A stretch of 64,000 nucleotides of DNA, from IMG/VR virus record IMGVR_UViG_3300021404_000010. One strand, written 5' to 3'. A program made the translations under genes and the position numbers. The notes under the pieces are model-generated. The model searched no databases. It saw only the letters and a list, made by a program, of their open reading frames with translations, and was not told the DNA's origin. Origin of the DNA: an uncultured virus (IMG/VR IMGVR_UViG_3300021404_000010) (Duplodnaviria > Heunggongvirae > Uroviricota > Caudoviricetes). This document shows, in pieces, positions 33,937 through 42,525 of the stretch. Every line of letters starts with the position of its first letter. Position 1 is the first letter of the stretch.

Positions 33937-34749
33937 GTGTCTGTAACGGTGACGCTACCCGTCAAGCATCGCCCCAAAGTGGGCGAACGGGCACGGAAAA
34001 CCAAATCCGGTCCGGCGCAGCGGCTGCGAAAGTTGCGCGAGGAAGCAGGCTACGAGACAGCGCAGGCGGCTGCCATCGCGTCCGGCGTCAACGTCGCGAC
34101 CTATCACCATTATGAAAACGGTATTCGGCCGATCACGCAAAGAGCGGCGATCCTACTAGCGCAATTCTACAAAACGACCCCAGGTGTGATTCTGTTTGGA
34201 GAGCGGTTGCAGAGTACTGCTGCGGTTCCTATCCTGGGCGGAGTTGGCCGACAAGGCTGGACCAATCCGATCGGGCTAAACGATCAAGGTTCCGACGGGG
34301 GGGAAACGAAAGACGCTGTGTCGCACCACCAGCAGAAGCCGGCTTCAGCGCGTATCAAATGGTTCTCCGACCCGCAAACCCGCCGCAGACGCGACGGTCA
34401 TGTGGTATTCACGGCAACCACGGAGGCGCCCCCAGGGGTGAGCCACGAACAGGCGCTGCAGATCGTCTCGCTGCGGATCGAATCCAACGACCTGGTGCCA
34501 GCCTTCCTCCCGGGCGAAGTGCTGTACTATCGCCCGCGCGCACCGTTCGAACCGATCGACGCGGCATCGGTGCATAACCGGCGCTGCATCGTGCTCACCA
34601 GCGACGGCGAGTGCGGCCCGGCTATCATCTCGGCCAACGGCAACGGCAGCTTCACCATGATGGCGATCGGCGCCGTCGAGGCCCGCACCATCGTCGACCC
34701 CGCCGGCATCTGGCCGGTTCTCTGGACCAAGCATCCAGACCTTTCCTAA
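33937..34749 (+). CDS. CI-like repressor (XRE HTH plus degenerate S24-like domain)
   Basis: RLRKLREEAGYETAQAAA...TYHHYENGIR; VPILGGVG; PGEVLYY. Confidence 0.8.
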   Translation: MSVTVTLPVKHRPKVGERARKTKSGPAQRLRKLREEAGYETAQAAAIASGVNVATYHHYENGIRPITQRAAILLAQFYKTTPGVILFGERLQSTAAVPILGGVGRQGWTNPIGLNDQGSDGGETKDAVSHHQQKPASARIKWFSDPQTRRRRDGHVVFTATTEAPPGVSHEQALQIVSLRIESNDLVPAFLPGEVLYYRPRAPFEPIDAASVHNRRCIVLTSDGECGPAIISANGNGSFTMMAIGAVEARTIVDPAGIWPVLWTKHPDLS

Positions 34750-34770
34750 ACCCATCCACCATCTGACCTG

Positions 34771-34814
34771 ACCGCCGGGCTCGCGCATTCCGCTTGCCCG
34801 GCGCGGTTTTGTTT
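34771..34814 (+). terminator. Intrinsic terminator after the repressor gene
   Basis: GCCGGGC...GCCCGGC stem followed by TTTTGTTT. Confidence 0.55.
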
Positions 34815-34821
34815 GCGCTTA

Positions 34822-34883
34822 TCATTCATCTTGCATAGCGTCGTCCATAACCGCTTGCCGGCTCGTCGTGCAAAATGTATGAT
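34822..34883 (+). promoter_or_regulatory. Rightward sigma70-like promoter with two operators (34822-34838, 34866-34882)
   Basis: TTGCCG-N17-TATGAT at 34855-34883; TCGTGCA-AAA-TGTATGA overlaps the -10. Confidence 0.7.
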
Positions 34884-34890
34884 TTGGGGG

Positions 34891-34907
34891 TTGCACGTTC
34901 ACTCACT
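34891..34907 (+). promoter_or_regulatory. 17-bp leader motif TTGCACGTTCACTCACT, copy B
   Basis: Identical to 23929-23945; lies between the -10 and the RBS. Confidence 0.6.
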
Positions 34908-34924
34908 CAAGGAAGCAAAATACG

Positions 34925-36133
34925 ATGGATCAGCGCACTCCGCCGCGAGAGCTAAAGCGCGCTCGCGCCCCGATCGTCGATCAGCCCGAGCCGGGCTTTT
35001 TCAAGCTCCGACTGCACACCGGCGGCTGGCATGAAATCCCCTGCCGCATCCTCTACGACGGCGGCCTCTGGTCGGCCGAGATCGACGGCGAAGTCGCCGG
35101 GCTGCCACACGCCGATCCGATCCACGCCGACGGCGTGCTGCGCATCTGGCACAAGAAGAAGACCGAGATCACCGAGGCCGAGTACGCATTCCTCACCACC
35201 CGGCTGAAAGCCTGGGCCCGCGAATTCTACCCGGACCACCCGCTGCTGCATCCGGACGAGAAGGTGAACACCAACAAGCTGCGGCCGATCCCGCAGTTCA
35301 CCGCGCCCACCGCCCCTGCCCCGCTGGATCCCGAGCCGCTGCCGGAAAACCGGCCGCAGGCGCCGAAGCCGATGAGCACGGCGGAGATCAAGGAGTGGCT
35401 GGAATTCGAGAACGAGGCGCTGGTCAAGGCGATCGACCTCGACGTCACCGTGCTGACCGCGGACCACGGCCGCGAGGAGATCGCCGAGGAGGCGCAACTC
35501 GCCCGCCTCGCCGCCAACGTCGATATCGCCCGCGGCCATTACCGGCAGGCGACCAAGACCAAGCGAGCCCAGAAGGATCCGTTCCTGCAGGGCGGCCGCG
35601 ACGTCGATGCGTGGTTCGGTCGGCACACCGACCGGCTCGAGAAGGCGGTCGCCCCGGTGCAGCGGCTGATGAACGAGTATGGCGAACGCAAGGATCGCGA
35701 GCGCCGGGCGGAGGCCCAACGCATCGCCGACGCCGCCCGGGCCGAGGCCCAGGCCAGGGCGCAGGCGGCCGCCGATGCGCTGGCCCGCGAGCGGGCGACG
35801 CAGCAGCAGACCGCGGCCACCACGGTGCTGCTCGACGAAGCGGCCGACGCGGCCGAGCAGGCCGACAAGGCGACGACGCTCGCCGCCGGCAAGAGCGCCG
35901 ATCTCACCCGCAGCTTCGACAGCTACGGCAGCACCGTCTCCGGCAAGGAGGTCTGGGGCTTCGAGGTCGCCGACATCGCCGTGGTGCCTCTCGCCTACCT
36001 GCAGGTCAACGAGACGATGATCCGCAAGGCCATCCTCGAATACGCCCGAGACCACGCCGAGGAGGCACGCGCCGGCGTCTCGCCGATCACCGGCATCCGC
36101 ATCACGAGGAGCATTGATATGAGGTCGCGCTGA
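34925..36133 (+). CDS. Coiled-coil protein upstream of RecT (Gam/Gp157-like position)
   Basis: KDPFLQGGRDVDAWF...long Ala-rich coil...WGFEVADIAVVP...ITGIRI. Confidence 0.65.
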   Translation: MDQRTPPRELKRARAPIVDQPEPGFFKLRLHTGGWHEIPCRILYDGGLWSAEIDGEVAGLPHADPIHADGVLRIWHKKKTEITEAEYAFLTTRLKAWAREFYPDHPLLHPDEKVNTNKLRPIPQFTAPTAPAPLDPEPLPENRPQAPKPMSTAEIKEWLEFENEALVKAIDLDVTVLTADHGREEIAEEAQLARLAANVDIARGHYRQATKTKRAQKDPFLQGGRDVDAWFGRHTDRLEKAVAPVQRLMNEYGERKDRERRAEAQRIADAARAEAQARAQAAADALARERATQQQTAATTVLLDEAADAAEQADKATTLAAGKSADLTRSFDSYGSTVSGKEVWGFEVADIAVVPLAYLQVNETMIRKAILEYARDHAEEARAGVSPITGIRITRSIDMRSR

Positions 36134-36366
36134 TGCCGCGCTGGTCGGAAGTCATCCGCCTGTCGGATGGCACCACGGCCATCGTCTGCGGCAGCGGCCG
36201 GAGGCCGCGGGCGCGTCAATGCGCCTGCGGCTGCGGCACGCCCGCCTCCATCCAGTGCGACTACCCAACCGAGGGCGGAGGGACGTGCGATGCGTTCCTC
36301 TGCCGCCGCTGTGCGGTGCCGGTCGAACCCGATCGGGACCACTGCCCTCATCACCCCAGGGATTGA
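36133..36366 (+). CDS. Small zinc-finger protein
   Basis: CACGC...CDYP...TCDAFLCRRCA...DHCPHH. Confidence 0.7.
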   Translation: MPRWSEVIRLSDGTTAIVCGSGRRPRARQCACGCGTPASIQCDYPTEGGGTCDAFLCRRCAVPVEPDRDHCPHHPRD

Positions 36367-36372
36367 TCCCCA

Positions 36373-38160
36373 ATGTCCGAAGCCAAGAAGTCCAATCTCC
36401 CCGCGCCGGCGCTGCCCCGGGAGAATTTCAAACCCATCCGTGAATGCCGCTCGCTCGAGGATCTGTTCTCGTCGGCGGATTTCCGCGACCGCATCACCGC
36501 CTCGGTGCCGCGCCACATGACGAACGATCGCGTCCTGTCGGTCGTGCTGCGGGCGCACATGACCAACCCGCTGCTGCTGAAAGCCACGCCGCAGAGCTTC
36601 GCGGGCGCCTGCCTCACCGCGACCAACACCGGGCTCGAGCCGAACTCGGCGCTGGCCGAGGCGCATTTGATCCCGTTCAAGACCACCCTGAAACGCCGCG
36701 GCGAGCCGGACCGTCAGGCGGTGCAGATCCAGGTGATCTTCGGCTACAGCGGGCTGCTGAAGCTGGCCAACAACACGGGCCGACTGTTGTCCTTGTCGGC
36801 CAACGTGGTGTTCCCCGACGCCGATGTGTTCGACTGGATGGAGGGGTCAGACACCTTCCTGAAGTTCAAGCGGGGCGGCCGGCGGGACCGCAAGCCGGAG
36901 GATCAGCCCGGCTATGCCTTCTTCCATGCGCGGCTGATCGGCGGCGGCGAGTCGATGGAGGTCTGGCCGTGGGGCGATGTGCTGCGCATCCGCAATCTCT
37001 CCCAGGCCTACCGTCGCGCCAAGAGCGCCTATGACGAGGCAGTGGCGCAGAACCGCCGCCCGCCGCTGACCTGGACCGAGGCCCCGTGGGTCAAGCACCT
37101 CGAGCCGATGGGCCGGAAAACCATGATCCGGGCGGGGACCAAATACCTGCCGAAGAGCGTCGAACTCGCCAATGCGGTGCGGCTCGACGAGGTGCAGGAA
37201 CGCCGCGACATCGACTACAGCCGGGTGATCGACATGGCGGGCAACGCCGAGGATCCCGACTACGCCGGCGCCGCCGTGCATTTGGGCGAGAACCCCGGCG
37301 GCGACGAGCCCGAGCAGGAGGATGTCGGCGATGGCGGCCGCGACCCGACCGCAGCGTTCGGCGACCGCACTGTTGACCGGAGCGCTGCGCAACAAAACCC
37401 GACGACGCACGCCAAACCGCAACAGTCCGCGGACGACGAGCATCCCGGGTCAACGGATGCGCGTGATCCCGGCTTTGAGCATTACCTGATCGATGAGTTC
37501 GGCGAATTCGACGGGCCATACCTCGACCCGGTGAAGTGGGCGCAGGCGTTCATCGACCTCTATGGTCGGACCCGCGACAAGGCGACCTTCCTCGAAAACA
37601 ATGCCGATGCGCTGTCCGAAGCGCGGCGGGCCCCGATCGCGGACCAACTGTTGGCCGTCACCAGCGAGACGCGTGACCTGCCCTCGGTCACCACCCTCAC
37701 CCTCGCCAAGCATCGCGACGGCAAGCCCAACTGGCCCGACTACGTGAACGGCTATCGTCACGTCCTGTTCGGCTGGCGGGGCGATCTGCCGGCGTGGTTC
37801 GAGGCGCAGCGCGGGGTGATGTCGGGCGCGCCGCTGGCCAACTGGCTGCTGCTGGTCAAGCACTCGCGCGAGCGGTGCGAGCAGCTAGGCGTGAAGCTGC
37901 CCGAGTGGATGGACAAGCCGCCGAGCCCGGCGAACGACACGGCCGACCGCGATCGGCGCTGGGTGGACGAGTTCAAGGCCTATATCGGCACCCTGCAGGG
38001 CGAGGCCGAGATCACCGGGCACGCCAAGTCGGAGGCGGTACAGACCGTGATGCGCCGGCTGCGGCGCGAAAAGCCGCCGCTGTTCGAGGAGGCCGATCAG
38101 GCGGTGGCCGACCGGCTGGCGGCGCTGGGCGAGGGCGGCGACCCGCCCGACGCGGCGTGA
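36373..38160 (+). CDS. recT: RecT-family single-strand annealing protein with a long C-terminal extension
   Basis: VPRHMT..R, NPLLL, GLEPN..LAEAHLIPF, IFGYSGLLKLA, PW...MGRKTMIR...KYLPKS. Confidence 0.88.
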   Translation: MSEAKKSNLPAPALPRENFKPIRECRSLEDLFSSADFRDRITASVPRHMTNDRVLSVVLRAHMTNPLLLKATPQSFAGACLTATNTGLEPNSALAEAHLIPFKTTLKRRGEPDRQAVQIQVIFGYSGLLKLANNTGRLLSLSANVVFPDADVFDWMEGSDTFLKFKRGGRRDRKPEDQPGYAFFHARLIGGGESMEVWPWGDVLRIRNLSQAYRRAKSAYDEAVAQNRRPPLTWTEAPWVKHLEPMGRKTMIRAGTKYLPKSVELANAVRLDEVQERRDIDYSRVIDMAGNAEDPDYAGAAVHLGENPGGDEPEQEDVGDGGRDPTAAFGDRTVDRSAAQQNPTTHAKPQQSADDEHPGSTDARDPGFEHYLIDEFGEFDGPYLDPVKWAQAFIDLYGRTRDKATFLENNADALSEARRAPIADQLLAVTSETRDLPSVTTLTLAKHRDGKPNWPDYVNGYRHVLFGWRGDLPAWFEAQRGVMSGAPLANWLLLVKHSRERCEQLGVKLPEWMDKPPSPANDTADRDRRWVDEFKAYIGTLQGEAEITGHAKSEAVQTVMRRLRREKPPLFEEADQAVADRLAALGEGGDPPDAA

Positions 38161-38165
38161 CCGCG

Positions 38166-38405
38166 ATGACCCGACTGGCAGTGGTTGCCATCATCGAGTC
38201 AGACGATCCGCGCCTCACCGGCGAGTCCGGCCCCGAGGCGACGTGGCAGGCGGTCAACGAGGCGGTGCTGTCGCGCGTGGTGCAGGTGGTGGCGGCGATC
38301 CCCGAAGAGGATGCGGCGCTGATGATCTACGCGCACAGCCGGGCGATGGCGGCGGTCGGCCGGCCGCTCGGCCGGGCCCGCCCGGTGTCGGTGAGGAGGC
38401 ATTGA
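38166..38405 (+). CDS. Hypothetical protein (similar to 43328..43657)
   Basis: IESDDPRLT...VVAAIPEEDAALMI. Confidence 0.5.
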   Translation: MTRLAVVAIIESDDPRLTGESGPEATWQAVNEAVLSRVVQVVAAIPEEDAALMIYAHSRAMAAVGRPLGRARPVSVRRH

Positions 38406-38406
38406 T

Positions 38407-38928
38407 ATGGCCGATTTCACCGACGCCGAGGACCGCAAGCTAAAGCGGCTGTGGCGGGCGAAGGACGCCGACGGGAAGGACAAGTACCCGGCCAGCGAGA
38501 TCGGCCGGCTGATGCACCGCTCGAAGGGCTCCGTGGTCGGCCGCGCCCATCGCCTCAAGCTGCCGGCGCGCGACACGCCGATCATCCGGTTCGGGTCGGG
38601 GCCTCGCCCGCCCCAGCCGCCCCGGGTGAGGCGCAGCACATTGCCGCCGCTGGCCAGCGAGCAGGCAACAGTTGGCCCGCCGTTGGCCCCGGTGTTGGCC
38701 GCCAGCAAGCCGCCTAAGCCGCCCCCTGCCCCGGCCCCGGCCGCCACGCCCAGGCCGGCGACGGGCGACGAGCCCCCCTGCTGCTGGCCGATCGGGGAGC
38801 CGGGGTCGCGCAGCTTCCGGTTCTGCGGCTGCGTCGCCGAGCCCGGCAAGCCGTACTGCACCGAGCATGCGGGGCTGGCCTATGTGAAGGTGCGCCGGCG
38901 CGCTGACCATGAGGAGGCGCTGGCATGA
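38407..38928 (+). CDS. gcrA: GcrA-family cell-cycle regulator
   Basis: ASEIG..SKGSVVGRAHRLKL; CCWPIGEP...FRFCG...PYCTEHAGLAY. Confidence 0.9.
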   Translation: MADFTDAEDRKLKRLWRAKDADGKDKYPASEIGRLMHRSKGSVVGRAHRLKLPARDTPIIRFGSGPRPPQPPRVRRSTLPPLASEQATVGPPLAPVLAASKPPKPPPAPAPAATPRPATGDEPPCCWPIGEPGSRSFRFCGCVAEPGKPYCTEHAGLAYVKVRRRADHEEALA

Positions 38929-39155
38929 TGTCGGCCTCGGCACGCGTGGCGCGGCGCGGGGGGATGACCCTCCCCACGTTGCGTGCGGCGCTGCGGGAGT
39001 GGGGCTGCATCGAAATCCCGCCGCGCGCAGATGAGTTGATCGCCTTCCGTCACCCGCTGATGGGGCCGCAGCGCTTCGCGGTCAAACTGCGGGGCGACAC
39101 GATCGCGCGTGCCCATGCCCGCATCCTGGCGGCGTTGCGGGAGGCCATGGCATGA
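38925..39155 (+). CDS. Hypothetical protein
   Basis: ATGA-coupled chain; GGAGG RBS. Confidence 0.5.
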   Translation: MMSASARVARRGGMTLPTLRAALREWGCIEIPPRADELIAFRHPLMGPQRFAVKLRGDTIARAHARILAALREAMA

Positions 39156-39430
39156 CGCTCCGCAACACCGATGCCCTCGCCCCGCTGCGCCTGTTCGCCG
39201 ACATGCGGCAAGCCCGGCTGAAGCTCATCGGCCTGGACACACCGGACGCCAATGCGCGCGCCAAGCTGATCCGCGATCCCGGCGTCTACAAAGCCCTGGT
39301 CGACCTTCTCCACGCCGCGGAAAAGCTGGTGGCCGGGCCCGCCGAGACGGACCTGTTCTGGCACCCGGCCCGTGAGTCGCTCACCGAGGCGGAGCGGCGG
39401 TTCGACGCGATCAGGGCGGAGATCGCATGA
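39152..39430 (+). CDS. Hypothetical protein
   Basis: ATGA-coupled; GGAGG RBS. Confidence 0.55.
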   Translation: MTLRNTDALAPLRLFADMRQARLKLIGLDTPDANARAKLIRDPGVYKALVDLLHAAEKLVAGPAETDLFWHPARESLTEAERRFDAIRAEIA

Positions 39431-39494
39431 AGCGGTCAGATCTGATCGTCGCGGCGGTCGTCGCGGCGCTGCTCACCGTGCTGGCGCTGGTGCT

Positions 39495-39956
39495 TCACGG
39501 CTGGGGGGCTTCGTGATCCTCGCCGTTCATCCGCTCGGGCGCCGGCAGCCGGCGCAGGCGCTCCGGGGGCGGCATCCCGGCCGCGGTCATCGCCTCGGCC
39601 ATCAGCCGATCGGCCGCCTGCATAACCCGCCCGCGTGCCGGCCACACGGCGCCACGCAGGGCGAGGTAGTCGCGATAGGCATGGACGTAGCGCACCACCT
39701 CGTCGGGCGTCAGGGCGCGCGCCGTGGGCGGCGGGCGGGGCGATTCCGCAGGCGGCGGCAGGATCGCGTTGTTCCCCTGGCGCTCGGCCAACAAGTCGAC
39801 CGCCTGGGCCAACCAGGCGGCGACCGAGACCCCGGCGATCTTGGCGGCGTTCACCGCGCGCAGCCGGGTTTCCAGCGGCATGTTCTTGATGGTCCAGTTG
39901 TTCGACCGGGCGAGCGCCGCGGAATCGGTCGAGATCGCGTCGTCTCCAGCGTCCAT
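39495..39956 (-). CDS. Ribbon-helix-helix-like protein, counter-oriented
   Basis: WTIKNMPLETRLRAVNAAKIAGVSVAAWLAQAV beta-alpha-alpha pattern. Confidence 0.65.
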   Translation of the reverse strand: MDAGDDAISTDSAALARSNNWTIKNMPLETRLRAVNAAKIAGVSVAAWLAQAVDLLAERQGNNAILPPPAESPRPPPTARALTPDEVVRYVHAYRDYLALRGAVWPARGRVMQAADRLMAEAMTAAGMPPPERLRRLPAPERMNGEDHEAPQP

Positions 39957-39964
39957 TTTTCTAT

Positions 39965-39992
39965 CACCCCAACAGTTGGCCCCGAGTTGGCC
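39965..39992 (+). repeat. 28-bp element, copy 2
   Basis: CACCCCAACAGTTGGCCCCGAGTTGGCC, 8 bp from the RHH start codon. Confidence 0.8.
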
Positions 39993-40123
39993 CTGCGTTG
40001 CATATTGCACGAGGGTGCCGCAAGCGGTCCCGATCATCGGGCGGACAGGACCAGGAGGAGTCGCCCCTCTAAGTGCCTGGATCAGCAGGCCGGTCCTGTC
40101 TCCCCGATGATGCGGCGGGGCCC

Positions 40124-40324
40124 ATGACGGTCGGGGAAGCCTACTGCGCGGGGATGCTGGTGCGCGTGGTCGCGCCCCGCTTCACCGCCGGGCTGATCTT
40201 CGACCGCGAGACAGACCGGGTGATCGTCGCCGCGCCCATCCTGCGGCACCTGATCGGCGCGCACCGCGACACGCTGCGCCAGACGTTCACGCGCCTCGGC
40301 TGGCGCGCGACCATCGTTCGATAG
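40124..40324 (+). CDS. Hypothetical phage protein
   Basis: LVRVVAPRFTAGLI...VIVAAPILRHLIG. Confidence 0.6.
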   Translation: MTVGEAYCAGMLVRVVAPRFTAGLIFDRETDRVIVAAPILRHLIGAHRDTLRQTFTRLGWRATIVR

Positions 40325-40336
40325 GGGAGGGGGGCC

Positions 40337-40549
40337 ATGACACTACCCCAGCCGTTCCCCATGGTCGCCTCGGTCGGCGGCAAGCTGCTCTGCCCGTGCG
40401 GCCACGCCGATGCGCTGCATCTGCTGGGAGCGGACACGCCGGACCGCGACCGGATCAGCCTCCGGTTCCGGTGCAACGCCTGCGACCGGATACGGGTGCT
40501 GGACTTCGCCGAGCGCGGCGATGTTGTGCTGACCGGATGGCGGTCATGA
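40337..40549 (+). CDS. Small zinc-ribbon protein
   Basis: LLCPCGH...FRCNAC; strong RBS. Confidence 0.6.
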   Translation: MTLPQPFPMVASVGGKLLCPCGHADALHLLGADTPDRDRISLRFRCNACDRIRVLDFAERGDVVLTGWRS

Positions 40550-40659
40550 AATTTGCGGCCATGTGGGCAGTCATCGCCATCATCTTCGCCGCGCTGGCGG
40601 TCTGGACGGAACTCACGCGATGGGCCGGGTAGTCCGTCTCATGGCGTCTCAGAAAGTAC

Positions 40660-40687
40660 CACCCCAACAGTTGGCCCGCGGTTGGCC
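40660..40687 (+). repeat. 28-bp element, copy 3
   Basis: CACCCCAACAGTTGGCCCGCGGTTGGCC, abutting the RBS of 40700. Confidence 0.8.
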
Positions 40688-40699
40688 GGGAGGAACTCG

Positions 40700-40957
40700 A
40701 TGCACAGCGCCCCTGGCTATTGGATGCACGAGCAGTCGGGGAGGCTGCGCCCGGTGATCCAGGCGTACCTGGAGGGCGAGGAATTGGCGCCCGAGCAGAT
40801 GGCGCTGATGCGCGCCTATCTGCGCCAGTGGATCGAGTTTCCCTGGCGTGGCGAGAGCATCGACCTGCTGCGCGCGACGGTCGGCAGCCTGACCACCCGC
40901 CGTGATATCAGCCGCTGGCTCGAGGTCGCCGAGCGCAATGGGATCGACCCGCTGTGA
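40700..40957 (+). CDS. Hypothetical protein
   Basis: GGAGG RBS; PGYWMHEQSGRLRP...AYLRQWI...GIDPL. Confidence 0.65.
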   Translation: MHSAPGYWMHEQSGRLRPVIQAYLEGEELAPEQMALMRAYLRQWIEFPWRGESIDLLRATVGSLTTRRDISRWLEVAERNGIDPL

Positions 40958-41233
40958 CGAATCGGGGGCCCGATTCGCTCCGAATCATCCGTTCGCGCTG
41001 CGTTCTGGGGGCTCTCAGGCGTGCGGCGGGAGCCGAAACCCCCGCCGCCAACAGAAAGGATCACCAAGGCTCACCCACGGGAGTTCTCGCCCGATGAACC
41101 ACGCGAATCATAGCGTGCCGCAAACCGGAAATGCCACCGACCCGGGGTTGCAGTGGCGGCGATGCATCGTGCAGATTGCACGGTGGCGACCGTTTGCACC
41201 CGTCGCCAACGACCCGGAAGGAGAGGATCCGCC

Positions 41234-41554
41234 ATGAAGAGGCCCGACGTCCACGTCTACCACTGGGATGGTGCCATGATGGAGGTGCTCGGGAAGCTCC
41301 CAAGATGGTGCATCGACGATCGGCGGCGCGAATTGCGGAAGCTGAGCGAGGATGGATCATTGACCCTCTACGAAGACGACGTGGTGCTGTCCCAGCCCCG
41401 CAACCGCGAGCCGGCGGTGCTCTCCCTGATTAACGACCGCTTCGCGGAAACCGAAGGCCTGATCGAGCGACTGTTCGACCTGCTGCACGAGGGACAGCGC
41501 AAGATCGAAGCCCGGCTGTCGCGCATCGAGGCGCTGCTGAACGGGGAGGAGTGA
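41234..41554 (+). CDS. Hypothetical protein with a C-terminal coiled coil
   Basis: GAGGA RBS. Confidence 0.55.
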   Translation: MKRPDVHVYHWDGAMMEVLGKLPRWCIDDRRRELRKLSEDGSLTLYEDDVVLSQPRNREPAVLSLINDRFAETEGLIERLFDLLHEGQRKIEARLSRIEALLNGEE

Positions 41555-41555
41555 A

Positions 41556-41684
41556 ATGCACCCGCCGCTGGACGAGGTTGTCGAAGCGATGATTGCCGAT
41601 GCCCGCGAGGCGGGGATGTCGGACGAGGCGATCATCGCCGTGCTGGCCGAGGCGCTCGAGGCGCTGAAGGAAGGGCTGACCTGA
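41556..41684 (+). CDS. Small acidic helical protein
   Basis: GGAGGAG RBS; MHPPLDEVVEAMIADAREAGMSDEAII. Confidence 0.5.
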   Translation: MHPPLDEVVEAMIADAREAGMSDEAIIAVLAEALEALKEGLT

Positions 41685-41728
41685 CCCGACCGGGCAGGGG
41701 CTGCTGGAGCAACAACCGGAGACGTGCC

Positions 41729-42244
41729 GTGAACACCAAGATCGCCCTGCATTTCGATACCGACGACCTGAAATCGCTCGAGGACACGCTGATGCGGGCC
41801 TTGGTCCGTGCAATCCGGATGACTGCGAAGGAAGGTCTATTCGGTGCCCCCCGAGACGAGCCGCCCGAACTGCCCCGGGCCGTGGTTTTCGCCCCGGCGC
41901 CGCAGGCGCAGCCGGCGAAGCCGGAGAAGCGCAAGCGGCGCTCCGCCGCCGATGTCTGCAAGACGGTGACCAGCCGGCCGGAAGGGTTCATCACGACGGA
42001 CGCGGCGGCAAAATTGCTGGGCGGTACGCAGGCCGACAAGACCACGATCGGCCAGTGGGTGCTCGACCGGAAGGTCGCCGGAGTGATCGTCCAAGGCACC
42101 GGGGAGACGCCGACCAAATTCCTCGACGGGCGATTGTATGTCGACAAACAGGGGGTCATCGCGCGCAACCGGCAGAACCGCGTGGAGCCCGACAAGCTGG
42201 TGGTTCTGCGCGCGCAGGACGATCACCGCCGAGCGCAGGCGTAG
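41729..42244 (+). CDS. Hypothetical protein with an excisionase-like HTH
   Basis: FITTDAAAKLLG...TTIGQWVLDRKVAG. Confidence 0.5.
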   Translation: MNTKIALHFDTDDLKSLEDTLMRALVRAIRMTAKEGLFGAPRDEPPELPRAVVFAPAPQAQPAKPEKRKRRSAADVCKTVTSRPEGFITTDAAAKLLGGTQADKTTIGQWVLDRKVAGVIVQGTGETPTKFLDGRLYVDKQGVIARNRQNRVEPDKLVVLRAQDDHRRAQA

Positions 42245-42273
42245 TGGCGCGCTTAGCGATAGGGGAGGGGGCC

Positions 42274-42525
42274 ATGATTAAAGCCGTCGCCGAGTTGCCG
42301 GGGGGCCGCAAGCTGCTGGTGCTCGGATTGAGCTACGCCAACCTCGACGAATTCCGCAAACATCCGCGCGACACATTCATTCGCGTAGACGGCAAGGACG
42401 TCGGCGGCCTGCCGGTCGACATCATGCTGTTCTCCGGCGAGACCGAGGCGCAGTGCACCGAGGTGATCGCCGAGTTCATCAGCCCCGCCACCAAAGTCCA
42501 CGTTTCGCCGCGGTTGAAGTCGTGA
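42274..42525 (+). CDS. Hypothetical protein
   Basis: Strong RBS; MIKA...LVLGLSYANL...LFSGETE. Confidence 0.65.
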   Translation: MIKAVAELPGGRKLLVLGLSYANLDEFRKHPRDTFIRVDGKDVGGLPVDIMLFSGETEAQCTEVIAEFISPATKVHVSPRLKS

